DNA of 63,009 nucleotides, counting the filler, from Rhabdomonas costata (Eukaryota): assembly GCA_019059605.1 (NCBI GenBank). It is 49 parts of 49 records of this genome, joined end to end, with 100 filler letters (N's around TTAATTAATTAA, not from the genome) between each part and the next. Parts side by side here need not be neighbours in the genome. Positions count along the whole stretch, not along the records: positions 21,902 to 23,090 come from JAHMHO010024361.1; positions 23,191 to 24,379 come from JAHMHO010024362.1; positions 24,480 to 25,668 come from JAHMHO010024363.1; positions 25,769 to 26,957 come from JAHMHO010024364.1; positions 27,058 to 28,246 come from JAHMHO010024365.1; positions 28,347 to 29,535 come from JAHMHO010024366.1; positions 29,636 to 30,821 come from JAHMHO010024367.1; positions 30,922 to 32,110 come from JAHMHO010024368.1; 41 more parts are not named here. One strand, 5' to 3'. This document shows positions 22,634-36,527 of this stretch, piece after piece (within the stretch, counting starts at the first letter, position 1; each line of letters begins with the position of its first letter). Under the pieces are notes generated by a model. The model worked only from the letters and a program-made list of their open reading frames with translations, ran no database searches and had not been told where the DNA came from. The position numbers were made by a program, and so were the translations under genes.

Positions 22634-25304
22634 GTCACCCATAACGAGGGGCAGGCGTGGAGAGTGGGAATGGGGCGAGATGAGCATGCTGGATGCCATC
22701 TTCTGTGGCTCGGATTCGGTTATATTGGTGCCCCGGATTCCTCGTTCACCTTGGCAGATGTCGAAAATCCCGCGTACTGCTCTGGTTCTCCCCGAAACTA
22801 AGCAAGGAGAACAACAAAAGATGAACTCGTCAGGTGCACAAACGGTGCGTGTGTGTGTGAAGACACGGCAGGCCTGGTTTCTGTCCGTCCTTGATTTATA
22901 CGCGAAGATAAAAAAAGAAACACATCATCCGGCCCGGGCATCGGCCTCGGTTCACATGTCCAATCAAATAACTCAACAGCGCATCCGCCGGTCAGCCCGC
23001 AGTACGTAGTCCGGACGCCCGTAGTCTCCAACAGCCAATCAGGCAATAGCCTGCGCGGTATGTACCCAACCCCCCAACCACACCCAACACNNNNNNNNNN
23101 NNNNNNNNNNNNNNNNNNNNNNNNNNNNNNNNNNTTAATTAATTAANNNNNNNNNNNNNNNNNNNNNNNNNNNNNNNNNNNNNNNNNNNNCTCCTCCTGT
23201 TAGTGGGAAGTCGCCTGGAAACCCTATGCGAGAATATTGTATATTTCGCGGCACTGCACAGGTGGCTTGATTTCCGCCTTTGCTCACTCTGCCCATACCA
23301 AAGCAGGATGGTGGGGTTTTTTGTGGCTCCGCCTGAGTGCTGATGGTAATGTAATTTGAGTGCCGTTCTTGCTTTTTTTCTGTCGTGTTTTCATTAGGTA
23401 CAAACACACAAACAACCATCCCAGCAACAGGGGCAGCAGCAGTGACAACATAACCAACAGTAAGCCAAAGCAATCCAAACACATCAGGCGTGACAGGCCA
23501 CGCGAGAAGAACCCTGGGGGCACGCTCCAGAGTCCCGACGAAGTTACCATGGCGGTGAGCCGTTACCCCGTGGCACCACTTTGACTGAGGGCTCCGGAGG
23601 TGAGCCTACTGGCAATTAAACAAGCGTTTGCGCTCCAATAGCCCCAGCAGACTCCTGGCGCACTCCTGAACCTCTCTCCTGAACCGCTCATGGGTACAGA
23701 AAACAGGGGATTACCAGAAGACCCAGACAGGCTGAGTCTTTGTCCCAGCTAGCCCCTGCAGTTTTTCATACAAGGGCAAGGAAAGAGTGCACTAAGCAGG
23801 GCAGTCACTTCATAGGTGGTCTTGCACTATTTGGCGGCTTGAATGCCCCCAATGGCCGTCAAGAACCGCCAGCCAAACTAAGCGGCCATGAGCAGTCGTC
23901 GCGGCAGTGGTGTCCTCCTGGGTGCGCCGGATCCCTGCAAGAAGCGCCCCCATGACGGTGCGGTGGAAAGGGCAGCAACCGCCCACGCAGCCGTCTCGTT
24001 TGCCAAGCAGGCTATCTTTCGTCGCGCAGGACAAATCCGAAATTCGGGCGAAAGCCCCTGAGATCCCTCTCCCTTCACCTCCACTCACATACAACTCCCA
24101 TCTTCCTCTACATCTTCCATTCCCAGCCAGAACGCTGAGTGCCCTCAACGCTCTCAAACAAATAACTCATCTGCCAAATCCTGTTTCATCCTCACACATT
24201 CGCTTCTTTGCATTCACGGAAGGCTTCTTTTAGCTATTGGCAGTATGTGAGAAGGCACCTTTCGCAACCAATACTCCCCTCCTCTGCAGCTCACGCTGTT
24301 CAACACCACGGCTTCTGACGTCGCGTTCACCTTGGAGACCCTCCAGCGCGCCAGCGTCTCAGCATCGGGCGGGGATCCANNNNNNNNNNNNNNNNNNNNN
24401 NNNNNNNNNNNNNNNNNNNNNNNTTAATTAATTAANNNNNNNNNNNNNNNNNNNNNNNNNNNNNNNNNNNNNNNNNNNNTGTGTGGGGTCAAATCACACT
24501 TCTCGCTCTCTTACATCCTGCCTTGAGCCCACATGGGTCAGATCACAAAATCAAGCGGAGCGGTATGCCGTATTTCACTCCATTCGACAGGCTGCCTTGC
24601 GATCACTCACGCACATTTGTATTATGACCGACAGCACGCCTTTTTTGCACTTGTTTCCGGTAGAGCCTCCCTCAAGCACCCGATTTTCCTCCGGATTCTT
24701 CGCCGCATTTGGCGTGTCGTAAATCAGTTTTCCATCAAAGTCGCTGTCGCGTTGACCCCATCCTGCTCAAACGCCGCCGACGCAGTCTCCCGCATTCATC
24801 AACTGCCTCCCTTCATTGTGTCCAAAAGTCGGCGCAGCCAACTGCGCCACGGAGTGCACGGTCGCTGCAAAGAAGAGGGGCGCACGCATCCCCTGCTGAG
24901 TTCCCTGCCGGGTTAGGGCCCTTTGCGCCCTTTTGTGCGGACTTTTCGAAATCGTTTTCCTCGTCATCCTTTTTGTGGTTAATCTGTTACAATCCTCCTG
25001 CGACAGCTTTTTTTGCTCTCTTTCAGGTTGGTTTTTACTAATGGCTGTTCGGGCGCTGGGTTGGTTGCAAAGTAAAATCGGCCTAGACATCACTGGGGAG
25101 TCCGAGTTTGAGCGAAATAAGCAGCTCGATCTCTCCAAGAAGCACGATCAGTCTCAAGCTGAGGTGTCTTTATGCTGATGCTTGGACGCTTTTCTGAGAC
25201 TTCCTTACAGCTATCCTATCGCACCAGCAGACCGACCGGCGTGCAGGTGTGCTGACGAAAGTTCTTTCTCTTATCAGTAAGCAGGCCTGCCAAGAACCAA
25301 AAGA

Positions 25305-25635
25305 GTCCTTGCAAGCCTGTGTAAAAAGGCAAAAGAGGCCCCAAAAAAACAACCCAAAATGGTCCTTAAATGGCCTCCAGCGTGTCTCTAAACCGAAGCA
25401 TTCCGCCCACTCCGGTGCCAGCATGAAGTACTCCTGGGCTTTACCCGTAGGTATGCTTAACAGGCCCGGCCGAAAGCTTGGGCTCAGTATGCAGGTCTTC
25501 AGAGGTCCGAAAAAGGTCCCCCAGGCCAAAATGGGACCTTGAGGGGGCCATGTCTCGGCATAGAAAAGTCCGGGAAGCGGCCAACCAACTCAGGAGTACT
25601 ACCATCTCTGTCACCCAGCTGGTAGAACCTCCAGA
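25305..25635 (+). mobile_element. Interspersed intronic repeat, copy 1
   Basis: Collinear similarity to 47030-47565, including ccttaaatg, aaaccgaagc, taggtatgct, caggcccggccgaaagctt.ggctcagt.tgcaggt, tgtcacccagc and ctggtagaacc. Confidence 0.7.
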
Positions 25636-26340
25636 ACAGCGATAAGAGAACTGTACTACAAAACCACANNNNNNNNNNNNNNNNNNNNNNNNNNNNNNNN
25701 NNNNNNNNNNNNTTAATTAATTAANNNNNNNNNNNNNNNNNNNNNNNNNNNNNNNNNNNNNNNNNNNNCTATGATGATTTCACTGCATTTCAGTTCCGAG
25801 TTGTTTTTCAACTGTCGTGACGGTGTCTAGTTTTTTTTTGGTGACCTACGGGAGATTTGCTGATTTGCTGATTTGCAAGGCTATTGGCTTTCATACGTTG
25901 CTTACCGCTTTTGTTCCGTGATTTTCGCTTCTTTTAAGCGGTTCTTTCAACCTCTGCCTGGAAATTGTGCTTGTTCTGTCTGGAAGGTATGCTTCGATCC
26001 CCGCGTCTAAAGACTTTGAAGGATCTCAGTATGCCCTCGTTTGTGCGAGGATGAGCTCCACTAGGTCACTCTGCTTTTCTTTCTGCATCAGGAGGAGGGT
26101 CCACCTCCACGCCGACGCTCACGAGCACTGCTTCTACTTCAGGTCCGTCATTCTTGTCTTTTCCCTCCAACCTACGTGTGTTAGCGTTTGTGATTTTGGG
26201 AGCAGTCGCGTATCCCTGTGCAACGACACACTCCCAGCCAGGAGAATGAATGCCGTTTGTGTTATTGTGTGTATTGATTGATGAAGATGCGCCTGCGCCT
26301 TTAGTGTTTGGCCATCACTTCTCATCCATGTCTCCAACAG

Positions 26341-26957
26341 CCACTTTGAGCCCCACTCAGACCCCCACTTCCAGCCCCAGCTCCACTCCCAGCTCGACGC
26401 CGACCTCCTCCCCGAGTGGCTCGCCGGCAGGCACTCCCAGCACCACTCCCACCGAGAGCCCAAGTGCCACCTCCACAACCACTCTTAGTCCGACGCCCAC
26501 GGACAGTCCCAGCCTCACTCCCACGGCCAGCCCAAGTCCGACCTTCACTTGCACTTCCAGCTCAACGACGACGCACAGGCCAGCTTCCTCATCCAGCCCC
26601 ACCGAGACAGGCACGGCCTTGCCTGTCTTCTTTCCTCCTGTATTCTTGATATTTTCTCCTTCAGTGCCCCTCTGCAGATGTCCAGGTGATTGAGAAGCAA
26701 TGCTCATAATTTTGTGTCTGCGGTGTTGGGTGGACTTGATGTTCAATTGTCCCTCCGGGATTTCTTACAGCTACTTTGTGCCCAAGTGAGACCCCAACCT
26801 CCAGCCCGAGCACGACAGCGGCTCCTCCCAGCTCAACTTCTCTGGTTGTACTTCCTCCACCTCTGATGCCGACTTCCAGTTCCACCCAGACGCCCAGCTG
26901 CAGTCCCACCGTCAGCACCAGTCCGACACTCACAGGCACTTCTAGCCCAACAACAAA
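26341..26957 (+). CDS. Ser/Thr/Pro-rich mucin-like surface protein, two exons
   Basis: Exons 26341-26610 and 26771-26957 with SPT/TPS repeats; the intron has a GC donor (CAG|GCACGG) and a tacag acceptor, and the frame is kept. Confidence 0.7.
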
Positions 26958-28846
26958 NNNNNNNNNNNNNNNNNNNNNNNNNNNNNNNNNNNNNNNNNNN
27001 NTTAATTAATTAANNNNNNNNNNNNNNNNNNNNNNNNNNNNNNNNNNNNNNNNNNNNTGTTGTTGTTGATTCATGCTTCAAGGCTTGGAAAGGCTTAAAC
27101 ATACCATTATCTCTGATCTGACCTATGCGTCTGTTGTTTGTTTTCAACGTGTGTTGAATAATTTCGGATGCCGAAGCGCCCGGACAGGATTGGGGAGCAG
27201 TTGGTCATTTAAGGCGAACTGGTTGCTTGAATAGCTGTGGTTTCTAACTCACTGGTTGGGACATAGGCGTGGTAAGTACGACAATGAGATCGCACGGGCA
27301 GCCCGCATTGTCGAAAAGCAGGAGAAGGCCGCGAAGAAGTGAGCTTTCAGGACGTGAGGTTCTGCAGCGTCGTCTTTGCTGCCGGAATGTATATACGAAC
27401 CTAGTTTCCTTTCTGGGCGTTCCTGGCTCTTTGGACCGGTGACTGGACTTGACAAAGTGTATGCTACGTGCTGTTTGCCCACATATTCCCTCCTTCCAAT
27501 TAAACCCAGTGAGCGCGTCCCCCTATTTCCATCGCCCGAAAAAGGCTGCACCTAAAGGAAAGAGTATTTTTCTTTGGGTGCTTATCCGCATTTTGCCATT
27601 GCCTGTAATCCCCACGACTGGAGTGAACAGGAGTTAGTCAAACGCGCTTCTGCGCTCTTCTTCAATAAAATGTGTTTGAGCAGTCGCAAAGGCAAAGCAA
27701 TAAAAACTGTACTGTGAATAAGGAATGGTCCGATTTTCTCGAACGCTAAGGTTTGGCGCAAAATGTCGCACAAGTCAATACAAGGCATTTCGATTTCGTG
27801 GTGTTCTCTTCACTGTGCACTTTAAATGGACCCAAAAAACGTTCGATGCACCACTTGTCCCCTGACACAGTACGATATAGAAGACAAAAAGCCTTCCGAA
27901 GTTGTTTTGCGTGAACGTGTGCGTTTGACGCTGGTTTGGTTTGCTTTTAAGGTCACCCGTCTCAACCTGGCTTCCACAACCGCCCTCCCGGCTCTGGTCG
28001 CCGCCACCGCTCCCCTCAACTGGAGCCGCGGAAACGCACCGACCGTTCGGGGAATTTCCCTCTTCTGTTCCTGGGTCGCGTCCGCTCGCGCTGCAACCGT
28101 TTGCGCGGCCACTCGGACTTCCTCCGCCAGCGTTTTTAAACCACTTAAACCCTTTGTGTCCTCAAAAACCGTTCCGGCATACTTGCCCCTTCGGAAAATC
28201 GAACCTGGGACCGGGAACGCAATGGAATAACGGGAATTCACGCATTNNNNNNNNNNNNNNNNNNNNNNNNNNNNNNNNNNNNNNNNNNNNTTAATTAATT
28301 AANNNNNNNNNNNNNNNNNNNNNNNNNNNNNNNNNNNNNNNNNNNNGTGGGGGGTGGTGAAGCCGGTCATGCCTCTAGACATCAGCGAACCCCTTTTTGG
28401 AAAGGTCCATTCCGAAACTGGCAAAGTGTTTCGGCAAATTATCGGCGAACTTGTTCCATCCACGGAAAAGCAATTTTGACATCTGGTGCGGTGGATGGGA
28501 CCCGTGAAGCAATTGGAGAGTGTAAGTTAGCTTGAAAGGGGTGAACTCTGAGCTAAACAGCTGACTGATCTGATGAGTTACGGGAGTGACTGGCGTTTCG
28601 ACCCCGACGGGGAGGGTGGGTCAGCGAGGCACCGTCTCCGTCTGCCTTGGATGCTCTTCGTCGACTTTGCAACTGTGAGATTGAGGCTGACTTTTCGTGG
28701 GATGCTTCGCATCTAAAATCGGACGATGATTCGGGTTCTATGGCCTCTGCGATGGGGTGCGAGCTGCGGGGTGACGGGATGATGGGGGGCTGTGGTTGAG
28801 ATGGAAATTATGAAAGGAGGATGAGAGAGAGAGGAGATTGGGTTGC

Positions 28847-29072
28847 CTTCAAAGGTGACGAAGGAATCCAGGCAGCGGTGACGGTGCTTCTCATAGGCCC
28901 CGATGTGGAGATCCGTCGCGACCAGAATCCGGAACAGTTCCTCCGGTGGGGGGTCCCCTGGGCCCCTTGCCGACGACGATGGCGAGTTGGCCGCAGCGGA
29001 TGAGGAGGAAGAGGAGGTCACCCCGACGCCTTCCGTGCCGCGGCCCTGGGTGAACCTCGGGCACGCGGACAT
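28847..29072 (-). CDS. MRE11: MRE11 nuclease, first coding exon
   Basis: FRILVATDLHIGAYEKHRHRCLDSFVTFE is MRE11 motif I (ILVATDxHxG..EK...R..DSF.TFEE). The exon ends at GAAG|GCAACC (GC donor). Confidence 0.92.
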
Positions 29073-31321
29073 TTCGCCCCTTCGACTGACACCCTTCCCA
29101 ATACCTGCGCTCACTCACGCGCTCTTTCTCGTCACTCCTTGTATCAATGCAAGTTAAATTGTAATCCGCAGGTGTGGCTTGCCCCCGCACATTCCACCTG
29201 AAGAAATTCTATCTCTCTCCGGATGGGCCAGACACGTTCCCGGTTTGAACCCCAATCGAGTGCCGTGCTCCCGGACTCCACCCGCCACCCCAACAGTTCA
29301 ACTGCGCAAACTTGCTCACACAAGCCGCCCGACGGACGCTGTCCTGGGTCCAGGTCTCGAGAAATACCCTGTAACCCTGAGACCAAGTTGAGCGGCTACT
29401 TGACCACATTAACCTAACATTGTGGCGACTCAGGAGGGTCGCACACACACACACACACACACAGTGAACACCAGATGCACATTCCCGCGGTTCCTGCAGC
29501 CGAGAGGTGCGAGTGCGTCTGCTGTCCCCACCACANNNNNNNNNNNNNNNNNNNNNNNNNNNNNNNNNNNNNNNNNNNNTTAATTAATTAANNNNNNNNN
29601 NNNNNNNNNNNNNNNNNNNNNNNNNNNNNNNNNNNATTTATTAGTGGAAAAAAACGCAAGCCGCAAACCATTTAACTTCTGCCTTTGCCCATTTAACGTT
29701 TAACCCTAAACGAGACCAGAAGCCTCTCTCACTTTTAGAAATGACGAGAGCCAAGGCCAGAAAGACTTCTCCATGCTGCAGGGGGAGGCCGGGTCTGCTC
29801 TTCCACCTGTGCGGCCGAAAACCGTGGCATGCGGTTCCACCGCACAACCCCGTCCAGTCCGCCAAGCAGTGGAGCCAGCTGTGGTGGTAGTGCCGAAGTC
29901 CGTAACAACGACTGCGGAAGGCCCCCATCAATGGACGCAGGCTGGGAGGTCTTCACTGGGAAAAAGCGTTGGCTGGATCGTTCAAAAATTCTGATGAGGG
30001 CATATGAAGAGTGACACGGGGCAGCTGGTTTGGGTGGACATGCGCAGCGCCTCGTGGAACAGTGCGATTGCGCGGAGTTACGGATGATTGTCCCGGCCCG
30101 GGGGGTGCCGTGGAGGGACCCTGAACGACCAGGCGAGGCCCAGCCATGTTTGGAAAGTGCAAAAGGAGTGCAGGCATGGCAACAGCAAGCCCGACCAGCA
30201 CCACCGCCAGTCCTGCACGCAGGATGGCGGGCGGCATAGGAGGGCCTCCCGGGCATTCGGCAGCGCAGGCACACAGTACAGTTGAAATGAGAGCCCAAGA
30301 TATAGAGAAATCATGACAGCAAAGAACAAAGAAGGGAGATGACAAACTGTCCTGAAAAGAATGGCAAAAGTAGGGAAGCATGTGATCATCCAAAAAAAAA
30401 ATCGGGAGCTTGGGTGCTATCCTGTGTGGTGGCAGCTTTGGTCGCAGAATACCGCAAAAATCCTGCAAACCGATCCTTCAAATTCTCCACAGTATTGCCC
30501 TCAACCCAGGTGACGTTTTTTTAAAAGCACACATCCATGGTGGTCTGAAAACAATATGTCATACCAGCTTACTAGCGTCTCAGTGCACAAGCATTCCATA
30601 TTCCATAATATAAATACTGCAGCTCTTCTTCTGTCGAATACAAATTGCTGCTGAGAGATAGTAATCCGCAGATATAGGCGGGAAGCACAGTAAAACTGCA
30701 ACCTCTCAAGGGGGTACAGCTGGCAGGTGCACCGTGCAAAAAGACCCGGTATGGGAGCACACGTTAAACAAGATAAAAAACCGGGGACGCACATCACCGC
30801 AAAGAAATATGACCACCAAAANNNNNNNNNNNNNNNNNNNNNNNNNNNNNNNNNNNNNNNNNNNNTTAATTAATTAANNNNNNNNNNNNNNNNNNNNNNN
30901 NNNNNNNNNNNNNNNNNNNNNGTTGGTTGGTGTTTCACAGAAAGAAATACAAAATTGACGGGTGTCTGTCGGTTCCGGTGTTTATGGATGGCGGAATTAA
31001 TGCACAGCACGCGCTTTTTTGGTTTTTGCAAATAGTGCAAAAAAGGATTGATTCGAAAATGATTTTTGCTGTGCGGTGGACCAGAGGTCTTGGTGCCTTG
31101 CATTTTTGCTCTGCTGTTATTGTGAAGTCAGGATTGGGGCAAAGCAAGCTTATGCGCCTTGGGCATCTATTTTCAGGCGGTTCCAGCCAAATAACTACCC
31201 TTTCCGGGTCTGCTGATTTTGTGGTTTCAGATGCCTCTCAGGATGTAATCTTTTCGTGAAAGTAGAAGAGTTGTGCCCTCGAACGTTTTTAGTATTTTGG
31301 ATGGCTTCTGGTGTCTTGCAG

Positions 31322-31578
31322 GACGTCGCCGTTGGGTTCCGACGGGCAACGATGCGGAGCACGGAGAGCGCATTTATGGACCTTATCCAGCCCACCGAGG
31401 ACCTCATCCTTACCGAGTCCTGCCGCCTGAAGGGCAGCGTCCTTTTGAGTTACTCTGGACCTGGTGCTGTCCTCAACTACACCTCTATCCTGGACCGCAT
31501 GGCGATCTTCTACGACATGAGGGCCAGCCGTCACCTCTCAACGATTACATACGAGCTGTACTTGCTCCCCTCAGTGAG
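31322..31578 (+). CDS. Internal exon of an unknown protein
   Basis: tgcag acceptor, GTGTGC donor, GC3-biased open frame DVAVGFRRATMRSTESAFMDLIQP... Confidence 0.5.
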
Positions 31579-31989
31579 GTGTGCGGGCACGTGCAATAAC
31601 TTATTCCACGGTGTGCTGCAGGGCATCTATAAATTCGGTGAGCGCTGCTTGGGTGTACTTCAAGATGCAGTATGTTATTGTCCAGTGTGTTTCCTTCCCC
31701 ATCACAGTAAAGAAATGAATAAGGAAGAACTTCCATAGGCGCGCAACATGCAGAGTGAAAAGTCATATCTAGAGGGTTCGACTTCACTTCTTTCCTCCAC
31801 ACCGAGCAAAGCGACCGCGGACGGGGTGGCGAGCAGCCGCTGGGTTAGAGGGCCAGAGCCAGCAGTGCTCAAGTGTTGCATCCCTACAGCTATCTTCACC
31901 ACTCTAGACAGAAAGCCCACCGAACACCGTTCAAGTGCAGCGCCAGCACGAACGGGCGCACCCACAATCCCTCAGGGTAGCCATGTGTC

Positions 31990-32039
31990 AAAAGGCCCCA
32001 TTCGAAAAGGCCCCGTGCGAAAAGGCCCCGTGCGAAAAG
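31990..32039. repeat. 15-bp tandem repeat, about 3.3 copies
   Basis: aaaaggccccattcg aaaaggccccgtgcg aaaaggccccgtgcg aaaag. Confidence 0.85.
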
Positions 32040-33504
32040 CCGGGAGAAGTGAGTTCAGTCCTCAGTCCGGACGGCCGGAAAGCCAGAGTAGCAAAGATAC
32101 ACCCCACCCCNNNNNNNNNNNNNNNNNNNNNNNNNNNNNNNNNNNNNNNNNNNNTTAATTAATTAANNNNNNNNNNNNNNNNNNNNNNNNNNNNNNNNNN
32201 NNNNNNNNNNCGTGTAAATGTGTGCGTGAAATTTGTGCGTGTGGAGAGAACCTTGTGGACATCTGGGTGTCCGCATGGGGCAGGGCAGGCGCCTTCTTCT
32301 CAGTGGTATCACCTCTCGCTGACGCCGCCGCAACAGGCCCCGAGGAGCAAAAGGAGCTCTCTTTCCTACTGCCCTCAGCCTCGCACAAGGGGCGGCCCCG
32401 CTTCGCACTGAGCACCAAGCGAAAGGTAGAGAAACACAAGGCCCACCCCCGCTAGCAGCGGTAGGTTCGATAGCTGCCAATCGCCCAACCGAGGATACAT
32501 CTCTCCCGATGCACACGAGGAGTAAATTTCAAATCGTTTCAAGCTCAGCGCGATGGCCCGTACTCTTCCTGGCATGCGCCGCGCCGCATGCAGACAATGC
32601 GTTCGGAACGGTATAAAGGAGAGATTCTCTGGGAGTTTAGTTACAGTCCTGCTCGCTTGAGCTAGACACCCAGCTCTTCTGTACATGACAGCTGAGCAGT
32701 AATGTTCCACCAAAAAGGCACCACCAGATTGACACTCAAGAAGCCGAGCCCGAATCAGACCAGAAAATACGACTCGGCTTCAATAGAGAAACCGTTTCCG
32801 ACCTGACACCATAACGATGGGAACACAGGTTGCGCAGTGCATGGGTGCAACCTATAATGAAGGCCACCAAAAGGGACCCAAGGATGATAGAGAGTAGCAC
32901 GAAAAGAAGAGAACAGGATACCAACATGAACGCATATGTGAAAGAGCAATTAACAGGAGATGTGTCAATGGTGCAAAGTAACGGATCGCGACAGGAGGTG
33001 GGGCCTTTCGGCAAACCTGTTAGCTTCAAAGGGTTTTCCGCCAGAAGCCTTCGGGGTGAGAGGGGCGCAAAAATCCGTCACTTCTGTCAAAAAAGAAGGA
33101 AGGAGAGTGTTCACAATAAACAGAAGCGATTCAGGACTGAAGGCCCAACCTGAAGCGAAGCCCCCAAAAGTCTCAGCACAAGAACGACTCTACAGCAATG
33201 TGGAGGCAGGTGGTGAAAACCTGCTGCCACACATCTCTGTCTTCTTGCGCAAAAAGAAGCTCAGCTGGAAAAGAATTGGGCACACACGCAAACGGGAACG
33301 CGGAAATTAAGTTCGCACATGTTCGAGAGAGGAATTCGTGGGAAGAGGAGAACGAATAGCTGGACCACTTAGCCTCTCACGTGAGGCGGAACACACCACN
33401 NNNNNNNNNNNNNNNNNNNNNNNNNNNNNNNNNNNNNNNNNNNTTAATTAATTAANNNNNNNNNNNNNNNNNNNNNNNNNNNNNNNNNNNNNNNNNNNNG
33501 TGTG

Positions 33505-33562
33505 GTGTTTCACTCCAAGTGCGGTGCACGCACGGGGTTGCCCAGCACTTGGAGTGAAACAC
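33505..33562. repeat. Perfect 18-bp inverted repeat with a 22-nt loop
   Basis: gtgtttcactccaagtgc ... gcacttggagtgaaacac. Confidence 0.85.
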
Positions 33563-34098
33563 TTCCATGCAATCACGGAACCCCGTTGGGCACCGTTAGC
33601 TCCGTTCCGATGCTTTTGCGCAGCGGACGCTACTCAGCCGTGAATAGCGAACGCAGCTCATGAACAGCGGGGGGGGGGCAAAGAGTCCAAGACCAAAAAT
33701 TGTAAAACAAGGCCGTTCCTGTGGGATGCAAGTTTAAACGAATTTGCCTGAAAACAAAAGGGACTGGGACACGGGTTTTCTTCTGACTGGTGCTCGCTGT
33801 GGTGGTTCTCTTGAGGCCGCTGATGTCTTGATAGGGAGTACCATGCCACAAGGAATGAATTTCTTCCAATGGCGCAACTTCGGACAGGCTTGCGCTTGGC
33901 AAGATACGGTACTGATGTGTAGAGAGGCAGACACGATGACGCGACTTCCCCCCCCCCCGTCATTTCTTTGACCAAGCGCCTCTCATTACTTTTTTCCGCC
34001 TTGTAAGATTGGCCCTTTCCGAGTGACAGGAAGAAGGGAGCAGCTCAGTCAGTGAGGTTGTGTGTCTTTGTCACTCGGTGTAGTGTTGTGGGCACGCA

Positions 34099-34347
34099 AT
34101 GTCTCTGAGCGTCAGCCTTTGGAGGCCGCACCAGGCTCTGCGGATCCTGTACCTCAGCTTCAACCAAGACTTCGGCTGTGTGGCGATGGGGACGGACGTG
34201 GGGCTACGGTTGTACAACTGTGACCCCTTTCGGCTGATCTATGACCGCGAGATGTCGGGGGCGGTGGGCATTGTGGAGATGATCTACCGCAGCAACCTGC
34301 TGGCCGTGGTGGGGGGCTATGGGAACAAGTCCTATCCCACAACCAAG
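34099..34347 (+). CDS. ATG18: ATG18/WIPI PROPPIN, first exon
   Basis: SFNQDFGCVAMGTDVGLRLYNCDPF...GIVEMIYRSNLLAVVGG is the conserved PROPPIN N-terminus. The exon ends at AAG|GCTTGC (GC donor). Confidence 0.9.
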
Positions 34348-36527
34348 GCTTGCCCCCCCCCCACTCCACCCGCATATGCTCCGCCATTTCCGGCTGATGA
34401 GCTTGTCTTTTAGTCGAGTGGTTTCCTCCTGAACAGAAGAGCATGAGATTCAGCCAGATGCCCGCATCCTGACCTTTGGACATCACAGCAGCGGTGGGAT
34501 GCTCGTGAAGTCCGATGCTTTTTTTGGGGTGGGGAATTTTATATCATGGTACCTTTCCACCACGCTGATAATATTTCTGGTGTGTTAGAGGTGGTACTTG
34601 GGTGACTTTGGCCGGGAAGGAATTTGAACGATTCCCAGGAGATTGCACACTTGAGGGACAAACCCATTTTAGCGGCTTAGTGGCGAAGNNNNNNNNNNNN
34701 NNNNNNNNNNNNNNNNNNNNNNNNNNNNNNNNTTAATTAATTAANNNNNNNNNNNNNNNNNNNNNNNNNNNNNNNNNNNNNNNNNNNNGGGGTGGTGTGG
34801 CAATTGTGCTTTTCTCGATATGGCGAGAGGACATCTTTGCCGGCATAGTGCGACAATGCACGAAAAACAACTGCACGAGAGCCCTAATGCATGCAGAAAT
34901 ACGTAGTGGAAAAAGTTACTTCTTCACGTGTCGCGTCCTGAAAGAGTTGCACTACACCTAACACGTTCTACAGGCACAGCCCGCTCAGCCAAGGCATTGC
35001 ATCGCATCCCAGGGCAGTGCAGTGCTCCACTTGCTATTTCAACTACCGAGAAACTGGTACCGGTCGACACTTGGTGCGGATCACGTTCCCCATGGCTGCT
35101 GCTCTTTCGGATACTTATCTACTACTTACAATGGCGGACTCGGAAGAAGGAGCGGTGACAAATAATCCCGGCTAGACATCGAACGATACCTCCTGAACAA
35201 CGATGCAAACCACCCACAGCTGGCATGCACAACTGCTGTAAGGCTTGCCTTTCTTTCTAAATCAGTTTCCCACTGGAGACCTAACGTCACTGCAACGTGC
35301 AGCGGAACGAGGGCAAGTGGATGAGGAGCATCAAGTGAGGGTGGTGCATTCGGGGGGACTACGTACGGGCGGGTGCGAGGGTGGTGTGCGGGAAATAGGA
35401 ACATCTGAACGAGAGAAGGATCGGGCAGGGACGGGGCACTTCGGTACGGGGAGGTTCTGCCCTTTGGGACAATGGTAAGTTTTGATAGGTTTTGGTTTGG
35501 TTCTGGTAGGTTTTGAAGCCCACTTACGCGCAGAAAGCGCCCACAGAATGTCCCGCAAACACCTTCCCCTAGCCACCCGCCCAGATTAGGGTCAACAGAA
35601 TCCTTGCCCTCCGTGTACACGACGCGTGGGCGCTCAACGGCTTCGACAATGTGGTGCATTCCCCAAAAAAAATTATTCGATCTGCACCAAGCACACGGAG
35701 GCCACCCGGTATTTCCACGAAAGCAACACTTAACACTATACAATGACCCGTAGAACAGTGATCCTCCAAGCGAATCGGCAATCGCACCCGAAGTAAGTCG
35801 CTCCCTTCGAAACCCATCTGCAAATAACCTCCGATTCGCTCCCCTCAAACAACCGTCCGACATTGTTCCGTGAGGTTAGGGCCAGGAGGTAGGTTGCGGC
35901 TCAGCTCTGCTTAAACTTCCACACCACAACTTGTCGCACCGCCCACACCACGCCAAGCCACACCCCCACCACCACCCNNNNNNNNNNNNNNNNNNNNNNN
36001 NNNNNNNNNNNNNNNNNNNNNTTAATTAATTAANNNNNNNNNNNNNNNNNNNNNNNNNNNNNNNNNNNNNNNNNNNNGTGGTGTGTGGGCGGGTCCGTTT
36101 TCAGTTTGACTTTGGGCGTGCGCTGCTATGTCAGCCATCAGCGGTTTTTCGGTTTTGTCTGTGCTTTGTTCGTAGGCCAGTCCATGCCGCACCCGCACCC
36201 GTTGAGGTGTTGTGGCAAATTCCGACTGATGCTTCCTTTTCCAACATGAGCAACTTTGCTTTTGGTGGCTCTCTCGGGCGCGGCTCACAATCAATAGGTG
36301 TGTGACACCGCGTGCGCTATATGCATCCTATTGCCGATTTCTGAGAGAAAGAGAGAGAGAATGAGAGTTCATCATATCTGCAGTTCGAAAATTCCAGTGT
36401 TTGGGGTCTGGGAGGATCTACGCCGTTAAAAGCACCGTCATGGAGGTCATCGCTGCTGAGAATCTTTTTTTTTGCAATTTTTGTTTTCTCTTCGGTCTGC
36501 GTGATTTCCGAGTGACCTATTGTGCAG

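Noticed and set aside
28570-28600. Hammerhead ribozyme (CTGATGA followed by the stem GTTAC-GGGA-GTGAC)
   Set aside because: The required GAAA after stem II is missing, and I found no stem I/III pairing.
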